A DNA stretch of 38,449 nucleotides from Myxococcota bacterium (GTDB taxonomy: Bacteria > Myxococcota_A > UBA796 > SXON01), in the NCBI GenBank assembly GCA_040386535.1, contig JAZKFH010000028.1, positions 53,868 through 92,316 on the forward strand, read 5' to 3'. Under the pieces are notes generated by a model. The model saw only the letters and a list, made by a program, of their open reading frames with translations, searched no databases and had not been told where the DNA came from. Of the stretch, positions 28,317 to 38,295 are shown piece after piece. A program made the translations under genes and the position numbers. Position 1 is the first letter of the stretch, and every line of letters begins with the position of its first letter.

Positions 28317-30203
28317 ATGCTCCTCTCCCTGCTCCTCTCCGGCTGCGCCTGGCTCACCGACAAGGAGCTGGCGCACATGCGGGACAAGGACGGGGACAAG
28401 GTGCCCGTGTGGGAGGATTGTGACGACGAAACGGCCTCGATCGGCGGCAAGGCCCCGCGCTTCGAGGACCTCGACGGCGACACGCTCGGCGGCGCCGCCA
28501 TCGAGGCCTGCGCCAATGAGGGCGTCGCGGACGCTGGCGACTGCGACGACACCGACGCCGACGTAGGCGGGCCCGTCGACTGGTATCCGGACGCCGACGG
28601 CGACAGCTACGCGGGCGCCACCCCCACCCCCGAGTGCACCGCGCCCGGGGCCGGGTGGACGTCGGCCGCGGGCGAGGACTGCGACGACAGCGACGCGTCC
28701 GTCGGCGCGCCCTCGCTCCGATACACGGACGCCGACGGAGACGGCCACGGGGCCCCGGAGACCGGCTTTCTCCGCTGCCCGGACGCCGGCACCACGCCGG
28801 ACGCCGCCGACTGTGACGACACCGACGCCGCCACCTACCCGGGCGCCCCGTACGACCTCTGCGAGGGCACCGACGCCAACTGTGACGGCCTCCGGGACGT
28901 GGAGGCGAGCTTCCGCGACTACAGCCTCGCCGGCCCGGGCGACACCGAGGCCCCCGTCGGGCTCGGCGCCTCGCTCGCCGCCGGCGGGATGGACGGCGCG
29001 GGCGTCACGCTCGTGGCGGGGGCCCCCGACGCGGGGCGGGTCCTCCTCTTCACGCTCGAGCGCGGCTACCTCCAGACCACCGCCCAGCGCTTCGCCTCCA
29101 TCGAGGGCGAGGGCTTCGGCACCGCGGTGGCGCTGGGGGACGCGTTCGTGGACGAGGTCGGCGCGAGCGACCTCGTCGTCGGCGCCGCTGGTTGGGCGGG
29201 GGGCGCGGGCCTGGTGGCGATCATCGACGTGCCGCCGGGCGGGGGCGATCTGGACGCCTCGTCCGCGCGGGTGACCTGGGAGGGAACGCCCGGCGACCGC
29301 GTGGGCAGCGCCGTGACCTTCGTGGAGGGCGTGCCCGGCTTCACCTCGAGCTTCCTCGTGGTCGGCGCGCCGGGCGCGAACGGCGGGGAGGGCGCCGCCT
29401 GGATCCTGGAGCTCTCGGCGGCCGGGATGGCGGGCGCCTACGGGATGGACGACGCCACCTATGCGCTCACCGCCCCGGGGGGCGGCGGTGCCTTCGAGCT
29501 GGGGACCGCCACCGGCGTATATGCCCATCCGGAGGGTGGGGCGTTCGTGCTGACGACGGCGCCGGGCTTCGACGGCGCGTCCGGGCGCACGGACGCCGGC
29601 GCCGTGTTCCTCACGGGGTACGGCGGCGCGGACGTGCTCTCGGGCGCCGTGCCGACGTGGGTCGGGTCGCGCGCGGGCGAGCGCGCCGGTGCCGCCGTGG
29701 CCGCCGGGGACCTGACGGGAGACGGTGTGAGCGAGCTGGTGGTGGCGGCCCCCGAGGCCACCTGGGAGCTCAACGCGCGGGCCGGCGTCGTCTACGTGCT
29801 CGACGGCAACGAGGTCGTGGAGAACACCGGCGCCACGGACCAGGAGCTCGCGAGCGCCCTGCTCGTCATCGGCGGGGACGCCGAGGGCCGCGGGCTCGGG
29901 CGCTCCCTGCTCGTGGCCGAGGCCACCGAAGGCGCGCCCGACGGCACCCAGTACCTGCTCATGGGCGCCCATTTCGGCGCGTGCGAGGACTTCGGCGCGG
30001 TGTACCGCTGGGTCCCCGTGGACGACGGCGCGTCGGGCCGGCACGCCGCGGGCGAGGCCCAGCGCCGCCTCGCGGGGGACGCAGGGAGCGGCCTCGGCGG
30101 CGCGCTCGCGAACGGCGGGCCCTACGGCGCGGGTGACCTCATCTGGGTGTCGAACCCCGACGAGGCCCGCGTGTCCGCGATGACCTTCTCCAGCGAGCGC
30201 TGA
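28317..30203 (+). CDS. Lipoprotein with MopE-related repeats and FG-GAP-like propeller
   Basis: MLLSLLLSGC; DCDD/DADGDG repeats; LVVGAPG and GDLTGDGVSELVVAAP. Confidence 0.88.
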   Translation: MLLSLLLSGCAWLTDKELAHMRDKDGDKVPVWEDCDDETASIGGKAPRFEDLDGDTLGGAAIEACANEGVADAGDCDDTDADVGGPVDWYPDADGDSYAGATPTPECTAPGAGWTSAAGEDCDDSDASVGAPSLRYTDADGDGHGAPETGFLRCPDAGTTPDAADCDDTDAATYPGAPYDLCEGTDANCDGLRDVEASFRDYSLAGPGDTEAPVGLGASLAAGGMDGAGVTLVAGAPDAGRVLLFTLERGYLQTTAQRFASIEGEGFGTAVALGDAFVDEVGASDLVVGAAGWAGGAGLVAIIDVPPGGGDLDASSARVTWEGTPGDRVGSAVTFVEGVPGFTSSFLVVGAPGANGGEGAAWILELSAAGMAGAYGMDDATYALTAPGGGGAFELGTATGVYAHPEGGAFVLTTAPGFDGASGRTDAGAVFLTGYGGADVLSGAVPTWVGSRAGERAGAAVAAGDLTGDGVSELVVAAPEATWELNARAGVVYVLDGNEVVENTGATDQELASALLVIGGDAEGRGLGRSLLVAEATEGAPDGTQYLLMGAHFGACEDFGAVYRWVPVDDGASGRHAAGEAQRRLAGDAGSGLGGALANGGPYGAGDLIWVSNPDEARVSAMTFSSER

Positions 30204-30222
30204 CGCGCCCTACCGGTAGTCC

Positions 30223-30939
30223 CTACAGGTAGTAGAAGTAGTACAGGTAGCTGCTGCCGTCGGAGATGGGGCGCGCGAGCGAGACGTTCTCGGAGTTGCC
30301 CGTGACCCAGTCGCGCCCGCCGTAGTTGAAGGCGAACTGGATCCACTCGCCCTCGTAGTTCATGTGAACCACGTTCTCGAGCGCGAGGGGCGTGCCCTCG
30401 TAGTCGTAGTAGTAGACCTCGGAGAAGCCCCACTCGTAGTCGAACGTGCCGTCGACGTACCCGTCCTCGAAGAACTGGTCGCAGTAGGGGCCGACCGCGC
30501 GGGAGTCCTCGGCGGCGCCGAGGTTGAACGACCAGTCACAGTCGGGGCAGCCGGCCGTGGCCCGGCCCTCGTAGGGCAGATCCCCCATGACCTCGCAGGC
30601 CCAGTCGCCACCCGTCACGCCGTACATGCCGTAGCCGAAGCTCGCGGACTCGAACGTGGTGCCGTTCACGGCGAACTCGGCGCGGAAGTAGAACTGGGCG
30701 AGGCCGGTGTCCGCGTCGGCGTCGGTGTCCGTGTCGGTGTCCGCGTCGGTGTCCGAGTCCGAGTCCGCGTCGGTATCGGCGTCCGTGTCGGAGTCCGAGT
30801 CCGCGTCGGAGTCGGCGTCGGTGTCGGCGTCGGCTTCGGGGGTGCCGGTCTCGACCTCGTCCTTTTCGCCGGTGGCACATCCGAGGGAGGCGATCAGGCC
30901 GAGCCCGACGACGGAACCGAGGAGGAGATGCTTGCGCAC
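30223..30939 (-). CDS. Hypothetical lipoprotein with Asp-rich linker and aromatic-rich C-terminal domain
   Basis: GTG start VRKHLLLGSVVGLGLIASLGC; DADTDADSD repeats; GCPDCDWSF; ends YLYYFYYL. Confidence 0.8.
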   Translation of the reverse strand: MRKHLLLGSVVGLGLIASLGCATGEKDEVETGTPEADADTDADSDADSDSDTDADTDADSDSDTDADTDTDTDADADTGLAQFYFRAEFAVNGTTFESASFGYGMYGVTGGDWACEVMGDLPYEGRATAGCPDCDWSFNLGAAEDSRAVGPYCDQFFEDGYVDGTFDYEWGFSEVYYYDYEGTPLALENVVHMNYEGEWIQFAFNYGGRDWVTGNSENVSLARPISDGSSYLYYFYYL

Positions 30940-31131
30940 GATTGGACCCCAATGAAGCGGGCACCTTAGTGTCAATGCGGAGCCAGCGTCAAGTCTCAAC
31001 GGTCAGCGCCTCGCAAAACCGTGCTTGCGCGCCGGGACGCCAGGCACGCCAGGCCGGGGCGCGCGGGGCGCGGTCGGCGCCGCTCGGGGCGACGGGCACC
31101 GCGCCCTACGTCGGTCGCCCAACCATCGTCC

Positions 31132-31896
31132 TCACAGTTCAGTGCACCCGAACGGCCCGACGCCGCCGTGACTGTCGACCAGGTACCAATCCGGATCGTC
31201 CCCCCACACCCAACACAACGCCTCGTCCTCCGTCGCGAGGTAGAACGTGACATCCGGCAGCAGCGCGTCGTAGAAGAGGGTGGCCTCCCCCGCCACGATG
31301 TCGTCGAGGCTGCTCACGCGGAGCAGCGTCAGGTCGGTGGCCTCGAACGGGTGGCACACCTCGTAGCCGTAGTCCGCGTGGTCGGCCGGGTCGTCGATGC
31401 AGTCCTCGCCGTACCAACCGTCGGTGCCGACGCCTGTCTCCGCCATGCCGAACCACCACGAGCCGGGTTGGGTGTTCGCGAGGTACATCCACACCCGGTA
31501 GTCGTCGGTGGTGAACTCGACGGTCGGCACCTCGTCGACCTCGCCGTCACAATCGTCGTCCCGGCCGCGGTCCGAGCCGAAGTGGCCCTCGCCCGCGTCG
31601 GGGTTCACGCCGTTGTCGTTGTCGTCGCAGTCGTACTCGCTGGAGTAGCCGTCGCCGTCGGCATCGACGGGATCGGTGTCCGCGTCGGTGTCGGCGTCGG
31701 TATCGGAGTCCGTGTCGGTGTCGGAGTCCGCGTCGGTGTCCGTGTCCGTATCGGCGTCCGTGTCCGTGTCCGTGTCGGCCGGCGCCGTGTCGTCGAGCGG
31801 ATCCGGCTTGCTGGAGCGGACCGTGCCGGAGTCCTCCACGTCGGGCGTGCACGCGACGAGCGAGAGAACCAGGGACAAGGCGACGAACCGGCCCAT
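31132..31896 (-). CDS. Lipoprotein with (DT/DA) linker and one MopE-related repeat
   Basis: MGRFVALSLVLSLVAC starts 1 bp after the PLD stop; DADGDGY...DCDD motif. Confidence 0.82.
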   Translation of the reverse strand: MGRFVALSLVLSLVACTPDVEDSGTVRSSKPDPLDDTAPADTDTDTDADTDTDTDADSDTDTDSDTDADTDADTDPVDADGDGYSSEYDCDDNDNGVNPDAGEGHFGSDRGRDDDCDGEVDEVPTVEFTTDDYRVWMYLANTQPGSWWFGMAETGVGTDGWYGEDCIDDPADHADYGYEVCHPFEATDLTLLRVSSLDDIVAGEATLFYDALLPDVTFYLATEDEALCWVWGDDPDWYLVDSHGGVGPFGCTEL

Positions 31897-31897
31897 G

Positions 31898-33166
31898 CTA
31901 CTTCCTCCGCGGAGGGCTGTAGTCGGTGCGCGCGGGGTCGACCACCTCGACGTACGCCGAGGTCCACAACGTGTCGAAGTACCCGTCGAGTTGGGTGGCG
32001 AGCGGGGCGCCGCGGGCCACGATCCCGACGTTGCGGCTGCCGTAGAAGTAGTCGCGTGACAGGTTGCTGGTGCCGATCCACGACCACTGCCCGTCGACCG
32101 TGACGTACTTGCTGTGCACCACGCGCGCGAACGACACGAACCCCGTGGATGCCTCGGGGATCGCCGCGAACTTGACGGTGACACCCGGCACGCCCATCAG
32201 CGCCTTGACGCTGGCGAGCTTGTCGCCCGACTTGGACCAGTCCGCCACGATGAGCTCGACCTTGACCCCGCGGTTCGCGGCGGCGCGCAGGGCGTCATCC
32301 AGCGCCTTCCACTCGATCTTGTCGTAGCCGACGCGCTCGTAGGAGAGCGCCTGCAGCCGGATGCGGGTGCGCGCGCCCTCGATGGCGCCGAGCAGGTAGG
32401 GCAGATCCCACAGGCGCTCGTCGCCCAACAAACCGGTGGGGCTCGCGACGGGGGTGATGAGCGCGGTGCCGCCGCCGACGTTGACGGGCACGCCGTCCAC
32501 CAGCGGGTCGACCACCGGGGCTTTGGCGAGCGCGTCGGCCACGGTCGCGCCGCCGGCCACGGCCCAATCGATGGCGAACACGCGCTCGTACACGTCGACA
32601 ACGCGCGGTTCGTCGACGGTGAAGCCGAGCTCCTGCACGTGGATCAGCGAGCGCCAGTCGAAGTTCTGGCTGCCGACGTAGGCGACACGCCCGTCCACGA
32701 TGAAGTACTTCGCGTGCAACACCCCGCCGGTGGTGGGCTCCAGATCGAGCTTGCGCACCTCGATCTGCGCGTGGGCGTTGAGCGCCGCGAGGGTCTCCGG
32801 GTAGGTCTTGGCGAACTTCGCGTCGGCCGCGAGCCGCACCTTCACGCCGCGGTCGGCCGCCCGCGTGAGCGCGCCCAACACGGTCTCCAGGCGGCTGCCG
32901 GGCTCGGTGGCGACGTAGAACTCGCCGAGATCGACCGACACTTTCGCGTTGTCGAACAGCCCCACCCATACCTCGGTGGCGTCGGGGATGCTGGGGTGGT
33001 CCAGCGTGGTCTCGATGGGCCAGCTCTCGACCAGGGTGAGCGTGCTGGTGGGCGCGGCGGGGGCCTTGGCGCTCTTGCTCGCGCGGGGTTTGGCGTCGGC
33101 AGTGCCGGCCGCGCCGGCGGTGAGGGCGAGGAGCAGGACGAGGGCGAGGCGGCGGGACGAGGACAC
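31898..33166 (-). CDS. Secreted phospholipase D-family protein (two HKD motifs)
   Basis: GGAG then GTG start, signal peptide ending ADA; LHAKYFIVDG...YVGSQNFDW and VHSKYVTVDG...IGTSN. Confidence 0.92.
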   Translation of the reverse strand: MSSSRRLALVLLLALTAGAAGTADAKPRASKSAKAPAAPTSTLTLVESWPIETTLDHPSIPDATEVWVGLFDNAKVSVDLGEFYVATEPGSRLETVLGALTRAADRGVKVRLAADAKFAKTYPETLAALNAHAQIEVRKLDLEPTTGGVLHAKYFIVDGRVAYVGSQNFDWRSLIHVQELGFTVDEPRVVDVYERVFAIDWAVAGGATVADALAKAPVVDPLVDGVPVNVGGGTALITPVASPTGLLGDERLWDLPYLLGAIEGARTRIRLQALSYERVGYDKIEWKALDDALRAAANRGVKVELIVADWSKSGDKLASVKALMGVPGVTVKFAAIPEASTGFVSFARVVHSKYVTVDGQWSWIGTSNLSRDYFYGSRNVGIVARGAPLATQLDGYFDTLWTSAYVEVVDPARTDYSPPRRK

Positions 33167-33242
33167 GCGAGCTCCGGGGGGGCGGGCGGAGGGTATCCCG
33201 TGGGGTGGGGCGGGTGGTGGCTGCTCGCCTTCGAGTCGGGGG

Positions 33243-35387
33243 TCAGTACGTCGGCGAGCGATACACGTAGACCCGGCCGTCACCGTCGTCGTCGTGGTGG
33301 GCGGCCACGAGCAGATCGTCGAAGCCGTCGGCATCGAGGTCTCCGGCAAACTCCACCGCGGTCCCCGCGTAGCTGTCCGGCCCCTCTCCGGTGAACGTCG
33401 CGTCCGCCACGCTCGCCGCAATCGTCCCCGACAGCCCGCCGGCCGCAAGGAACAACCACACCTCCCCCTCTCGGTCGTTCGCCCTGATTCCGCCCACGAG
33501 CACGTCGGAGAGCCCGTCCCCGTCAACGTCCCCGTCCGACGCGACGTCGGAACCGAAGGAGTCGTCCGCGTCCCCCACCAGGGTGGCGTCGGCCCCGGCG
33601 ACGCTGGCGATCCCTGACCACGGGCCGAGCACGATCGACACCGTGCCTGTGCCGAGCGCGCCCATCACCACATCGGCGTAGCCGTCTCCGTCGATGTCCC
33701 CGATCCCGCTGCACGGGCCCAGGAGAGCCGATGCCGTCGTGCCGTAGCGCTTGCCGTCCGCGGCGGAGAGGTCGGTCAGGGAGGACGAGAAGGGCCCTTC
33801 CATCAGGTAGACGGCACCGCCGCCGGAGCCGCCGGTGTCATCGCCGAACGCACCGATCAGCACGTCGTCGTAGCCGTCCCCGTTCACGTCCCCCGCGGGC
33901 TCGGCAGCGCTGGCGCTGTCGTAGGCGTCCTCCCCGCGGAACTCCGCCGCGCCGGCGTCGACGCGCGCCGCGCCGGTGATCGGCCCCGGCACGACCCACG
34001 AGGCCCCCGCCAACGTTCCGCCCCCGGCGTTCGCGGAGGACGAGGCGAGCAGATCGTCGTAGCCGTCGCCATCGGTGTCGCCCGCGGAGCGGCCACTGTT
34101 GAGCTCTTCGCCGGAGGCCTCCCCGTAGCGGACGCCGACGTAGTCCGTCCCCACGCTGACACTCGCCGACACCGGCCCGGGGATCACCCAGACGCTTCCG
34201 TCATTCCAGGATGCATGGCTGTCCTGGTATTCGCTCACGACGAGGTCCTGCGCTCCGTCGCCATCGAAGTCGCCGCTGCCGATTCGGTAAGCGGAGGCGC
34301 CGGAGGTCGTGACCGCCACGTCTGCGGAGGTATAGGCCCGCGTGCCGCTGACGGCTCCCGAAAAGATCCAGAGCTCGGTTCTGTCGGTGCCCCCCATCCC
34401 GAAATCGTCGTACCCATCCCCATCCACGTCCCCCAGGGGCGCCAAGCCGTAGCCGAGCGTCAGCGACCTCGATCCCGTGATGATTCCGTCCGCCGATCCC
34501 AGGGAATGGGCGCCCGACCAACCGCACTCCGGGCCGGCCCCGCTGCAGTCGTCGTCCACGCCATTCTCACAGATCTCCTCGGCGCCTGGACTCACGCCGC
34601 CGTCCTCGTCGTCACAGTCGTTGTCATTCGTCACGTAGCCGGCGGGGAGAGCGCATGTCCTCACGCTCGAGGCGGCGTCTCCGTAGCCATCGTCGTCGCC
34701 ATCGACGTAGGAGGTCGTCCCGCTCGAACCGTCCAGGGACTCGTCGTCGTCGTCTACATCGCCGTCGCAGTCATCGTCCCGCCCGTTGCAGCGCTCGCTG
34801 GCCCTGGGGTTCGTGGCGCTGTTCCGGTCATCGCAGTCGGTGTCGTCCACGACGTGCCCGGGAGGCTGTTCGCACGCGACCAGGGGCGCCGCCGCATCGC
34901 CGAAGCCGTCGTCGTCGCCATCCTCGAACCAGGTGGAGGCGTCCGTGGCGTCCTCGTCGATCTCGGCGTCACAATCGTCGTCCCGATCGTTGCACACCTC
35001 GGGGGCCCCCGGGCTCACCTCTGCGTTCGCATCGTCGCAGTCGTCCACGTTGTCGGCGAACCCATCGGGAGCATCGCAGGCCTCCGTCGTCGTTCCGGTC
35101 GGGATGCCGTAGCCGTCCCCGTCGACATCGAGGAAGAACACCGTCTTTCCGCCTGGATTCGGATCGAGGTCGTCCGCCGCGCCATTACAATCCTCGTCCG
35201 TGTCCCCCGCGTCGCACACCTCGGCGACGCCGGGGTTGATCGCGGCGTTCGTGTCGTCGCAGTCGTCCTCCGCGGGGTAGCCGTCCCGGTCCGCGTCGAC
35301 CGCGGTCTCGGGGTCACCGTCGCCGCCGCCACCAGCGCATGCGAGGGACATCACCCCGGAGATCAGGAGCAGGAGGGACAGGCGCAC
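33243..35387 (-). CDS. Lipoprotein with MopE-related repeats and FG-GAP propeller
   Basis: GAGG then GTG start, VRLSLLLLISGVMSLAC; DCDD repeats; multiple GDVDGDGYDD motifs. Confidence 0.88.
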   Translation of the reverse strand: MRLSLLLLISGVMSLACAGGGGDGDPETAVDADRDGYPAEDDCDDTNAAINPGVAEVCDAGDTDEDCNGAADDLDPNPGGKTVFFLDVDGDGYGIPTGTTTEACDAPDGFADNVDDCDDANAEVSPGAPEVCNDRDDDCDAEIDEDATDASTWFEDGDDDGFGDAAAPLVACEQPPGHVVDDTDCDDRNSATNPRASERCNGRDDDCDGDVDDDDESLDGSSGTTSYVDGDDDGYGDAASSVRTCALPAGYVTNDNDCDDEDGGVSPGAEEICENGVDDDCSGAGPECGWSGAHSLGSADGIITGSRSLTLGYGLAPLGDVDGDGYDDFGMGGTDRTELWIFSGAVSGTRAYTSADVAVTTSGASAYRIGSGDFDGDGAQDLVVSEYQDSHASWNDGSVWVIPGPVSASVSVGTDYVGVRYGEASGEELNSGRSAGDTDGDGYDDLLASSSANAGGGTLAGASWVVPGPITGAARVDAGAAEFRGEDAYDSASAAEPAGDVNGDGYDDVLIGAFGDDTGGSGGGAVYLMEGPFSSSLTDLSAADGKRYGTTASALLGPCSGIGDIDGDGYADVVMGALGTGTVSIVLGPWSGIASVAGADATLVGDADDSFGSDVASDGDVDGDGLSDVLVGGIRANDREGEVWLFLAAGGLSGTIAASVADATFTGEGPDSYAGTAVEFAGDLDADGFDDLLVAAHHDDDGDGRVYVYRSPTY

Positions 35388-35514
35388 GGCATCCTCGGTT
35401 CCGCGGCGGGTAACCGCCTGACCAGCCTCGGACACATCGATCGGAGGGGCGTCGCCTCGGGTCAGGCCCCTGCCGCGTTCGCGACGCGATAGGGGCCGCC
35501 CTCCCCGAGCACCC

Positions 35515-35934
<420 letters not shown>

Positions 35935-35981
35935 GCCGCTCGTCGGCGGCGCAGGGGCCGTGTCGCCGCGCGAAAAAGGAG

Positions 35982-36020
35982 TTGACGCTGGCCGGGATGA
36001 TTCGATACTGATCGAATCAT
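35982..36020 (+). promoter_or_regulatory. Promoter overlapped by a perfect palindromic operator (likely ArsR autoregulation)
   Basis: TTGACG (35982) N16 GATACT; ATGATTCGAT-actg-ATCGAATCAT inverted repeat at 35997-36020, 16 bp before the arsR-like ATG. Confidence 0.7.
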
Positions 36021-36036
36021 TCCGAAGGATGCCTAC

Positions 36037-36594
36037 ATGCCAGAAGCCCTGCTCTCGTTCTTCAAGGCGCTCGCCGACGGCAATCGGCTGCGGATCGTGG
36101 GGTTGCTCGCCCACCAGGAGCGGGGGGTCGAGGAGCTCGCCGCGGCGCTCGACCTGCGCGCGTCCACGGTCTCGCACCACCTGTCCCGGCTCGCGGAGGC
36201 GGGGCTGGTCAGCTCGCGGACCGAGGGCCACTTCCACCTCTACTCGCTGGACGTGGCCGCGCTCGAGGCCAACGCCCGGCGCCTCCTCGCGCGCGACGAG
36301 CTCCCCCGCCTCGCGGGATCGTCCGCGGACGTGGGCGCGTGGGACCGGAAGGTGCTCGCCGCGTTCACCGACGCGGACGGGCGGGTGCGGCAATTCCCGA
36401 TGCAGCGCAAGAAGTTCGAGGTGATCCTCCGTCACGTCGCGGGGGCGCTCGAGCGCGGGATGCACTACTCCGAACGCGAGCTGAACGTCGTGCTGAAGCG
36501 CTATTCGGACGACACGGCGACGCTCCGCCGCGGGATGGTCGACCACGGGATGCTGGCGCGCGAGCCGAGCGGCGCCCGGTATTGGCTCGTCTGA
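36037..36594 (+). CDS. ArsR/SmtB family regulator with C-terminal DUF2087-like domain
   Basis: FFKALADGNRLRIVGLL...STVSHHLSRLAEAGLV; C-terminal FPMQRKK...YSERELN...DTATLRRGMVDHGMLAR. Confidence 0.9.
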   Translation: MPEALLSFFKALADGNRLRIVGLLAHQERGVEELAAALDLRASTVSHHLSRLAEAGLVSSRTEGHFHLYSLDVAALEANARRLLARDELPRLAGSSADVGAWDRKVLAAFTDADGRVRQFPMQRKKFEVILRHVAGALERGMHYSERELNVVLKRYSDDTATLRRGMVDHGMLAREPSGARYWLV

Positions 36595-37147
36595 AGTGTT
36601 GCGCCCACGGGCCTCGCATTCGGTCCGGGGTGCCGAGGAGCGGCACGAGCTCGGCACCGTCGTCACCGCTCGACCGGCTCCGCGCCGTCGAGCAGCACCT
36701 GGAGGGCGTTCTGGACGCGGCGAAGCGGCGGCAGCGCGATCGGGCGGATCTCGCCGCGGAGGAAGGTGGCAGCCGCGGCGGGACGGCGCCGCTCGGAGGC
36801 GCTCGTCGTCTGTCAGGCGGTGAACGGCGGCCCCGCCTCCGTGACCACCACGCGGCCAACATCGGCGATCATCCAAGGTGATCCCGCCTCCGTGACCACC
36901 ACGCGCTCCCGGGCCGGTGCCCCGCGTCCTCCACCCCCGCACACCGGCGCCCGCCCCGACCCGCCCTCCCCGCCGCCGCAGCGGCCGCCGTCCGCGGCGG
37001 TCCGGCTGCCCAGCCTTGGACCGCCCCAACGGAGCGAACTCCGCGGTATCCGGCGAGCACCTCCGCGCACTTCTGCACACGCCCCCCCGAGTCCGCGGGA
37101 TGGTTCGCGCGGTCTCGCGGTAGCGAGCGGGCACCGCTGAGGCGAAC

Positions 37148-38098
37148 ATGGGAGCGGAGGTCATCATGTTCCTGCTTGCGTTGTTTGGTTGTCCCGCCGC
37201 CCCCGAGATCGAGGAAGGAAACAACCTGTGTGGCACGATTGTGCAGGACGCCGGCGATCCCAACCCCACGGGCGTGGGCGTGTTCGAGGTGCTCGACGGC
37301 CGGGCGCCGTGCACGCAGGACACCGGCGGCGGCGGCGGTTGGTGGGGCGACGAGGTGGCGTCGCCCGTGCCGGAGGACAACTTCTTCCAGGCCGCCGTGC
37401 CGGTCGGCACCTACGGGGTCGAGGTCTACACCGACGGCGACTACGGCGGCTGCGCCGGCATCGACGTGACCGACACGACCACCTGCGCGGCGGACATGAC
37501 AATCGAGCTCGAAGAGATCAGCCACGCCGACAAGCCGAACATCTACCTGTACCCCGAGGTCCCGACGCCCGTGCGGGTCGCCCTCCCGGCGTGGCAACGC
37601 ATCACCGAGTCCGAGCCCCGCTACCCGCTCGACGGCTGGCGTGCCATCGCGCATCCCGACGGCGTGCTCGCGACCCCGGTTGGCCCGCGCGACTACTTCT
37701 TCTACGAGATGACGTGGGACACCAAGCGTTTCCAATTCGAGGAGGGGTGGTGTGTCCCCGGCCGCACCGCGCAAGCCTCCATCGAGAGCACGATGGAGGA
37801 CCTCGGCTTCCTCGACAACGAGATCGCCGACTTCTCCGAGGCGTGGGACCCCACGTTCCCACGCGCGAAGTGGATGACCGTGTACCCCCAGTTCGACGAC
37901 CTCGCGAAGCTCGTCATCGAGCCCGCGCCCGACACCCTGCTCCGCGCCTGGTTCGTCGTGACCGACGGGTGCCACGACGTGCGTGCGCCCCAGATGGAGC
38001 CCGTCGAGCGCATCGGCTACCACGGCTCCGAGTGGGGCGTCGTCTTCCTCGCGCCGCTCGAGCGCCCCGAGGTGATCGTGGAGGGGTGGCGGTGGTAG
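37148..38098 (+). CDS. Hypothetical lipoprotein with KPxIYLYP-type conserved domain
   Basis: (MGAEVI)MFLLALFGC; DKPNIYLYPE, YFFYE, LGFLDNEIADF, IEPAPDTLLR and EWG motifs of a widespread uncharacterised family. Alternative start at 37166. Confidence 0.8.
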   Translation: MGAEVIMFLLALFGCPAAPEIEEGNNLCGTIVQDAGDPNPTGVGVFEVLDGRAPCTQDTGGGGGWWGDEVASPVPEDNFFQAAVPVGTYGVEVYTDGDYGGCAGIDVTDTTTCAADMTIELEEISHADKPNIYLYPEVPTPVRVALPAWQRITESEPRYPLDGWRAIAHPDGVLATPVGPRDYFFYEMTWDTKRFQFEEGWCVPGRTAQASIESTMEDLGFLDNEIADFSEAWDPTFPRAKWMTVYPQFDDLAKLVIEPAPDTLLRAWFVVTDGCHDVRAPQMEPVERIGYHGSEWGVVFLAPLERPEVIVEGWRW

Positions 38099-38182
38099 CG
38101 GTCACCCGCTCGTAGGGTGGGGTGGGCGCGTGGGGGCGCGGTTCCTCTGGGCGCGCCCTCCGCCCGCGGACGGGCGGTGGGC

Positions 38183-38295
38183 GGGCCCTTCCGGGCTCGG
38201 CGCGGAGCGCCTCGGTCGGCGCCCGAGCGCGCCGGACCGGCCGCGGGCGGACCCGCGGCCGCCCTCCAGGCCCCTCGCGCCGCGCGCGGGGAGCG
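38183..38295. repeat. Dispersed GC-rich element family A, copy 3
   Basis: gggcccttccgggctcggcgcggagcgcctcggtcggcgcccgagcgcgccggaccggccgcgg...gccgccctccaggcccctcgcgc...gcggggagcg, closely matching 4482-4582. Confidence 0.8.

Noticed and set aside
31898..33166. PLD-family defence nuclease
   Set aside because: It has a signal peptide and two HKD motifs, with no helicase or other defence partner nearby.
33243..35387. Horizontally acquired gene (third positions look slightly more A/T-rich)
   Set aside because: Impression only and not quantified; no mobility genes or flanking repeats, and paralogous architecture is present nearby.
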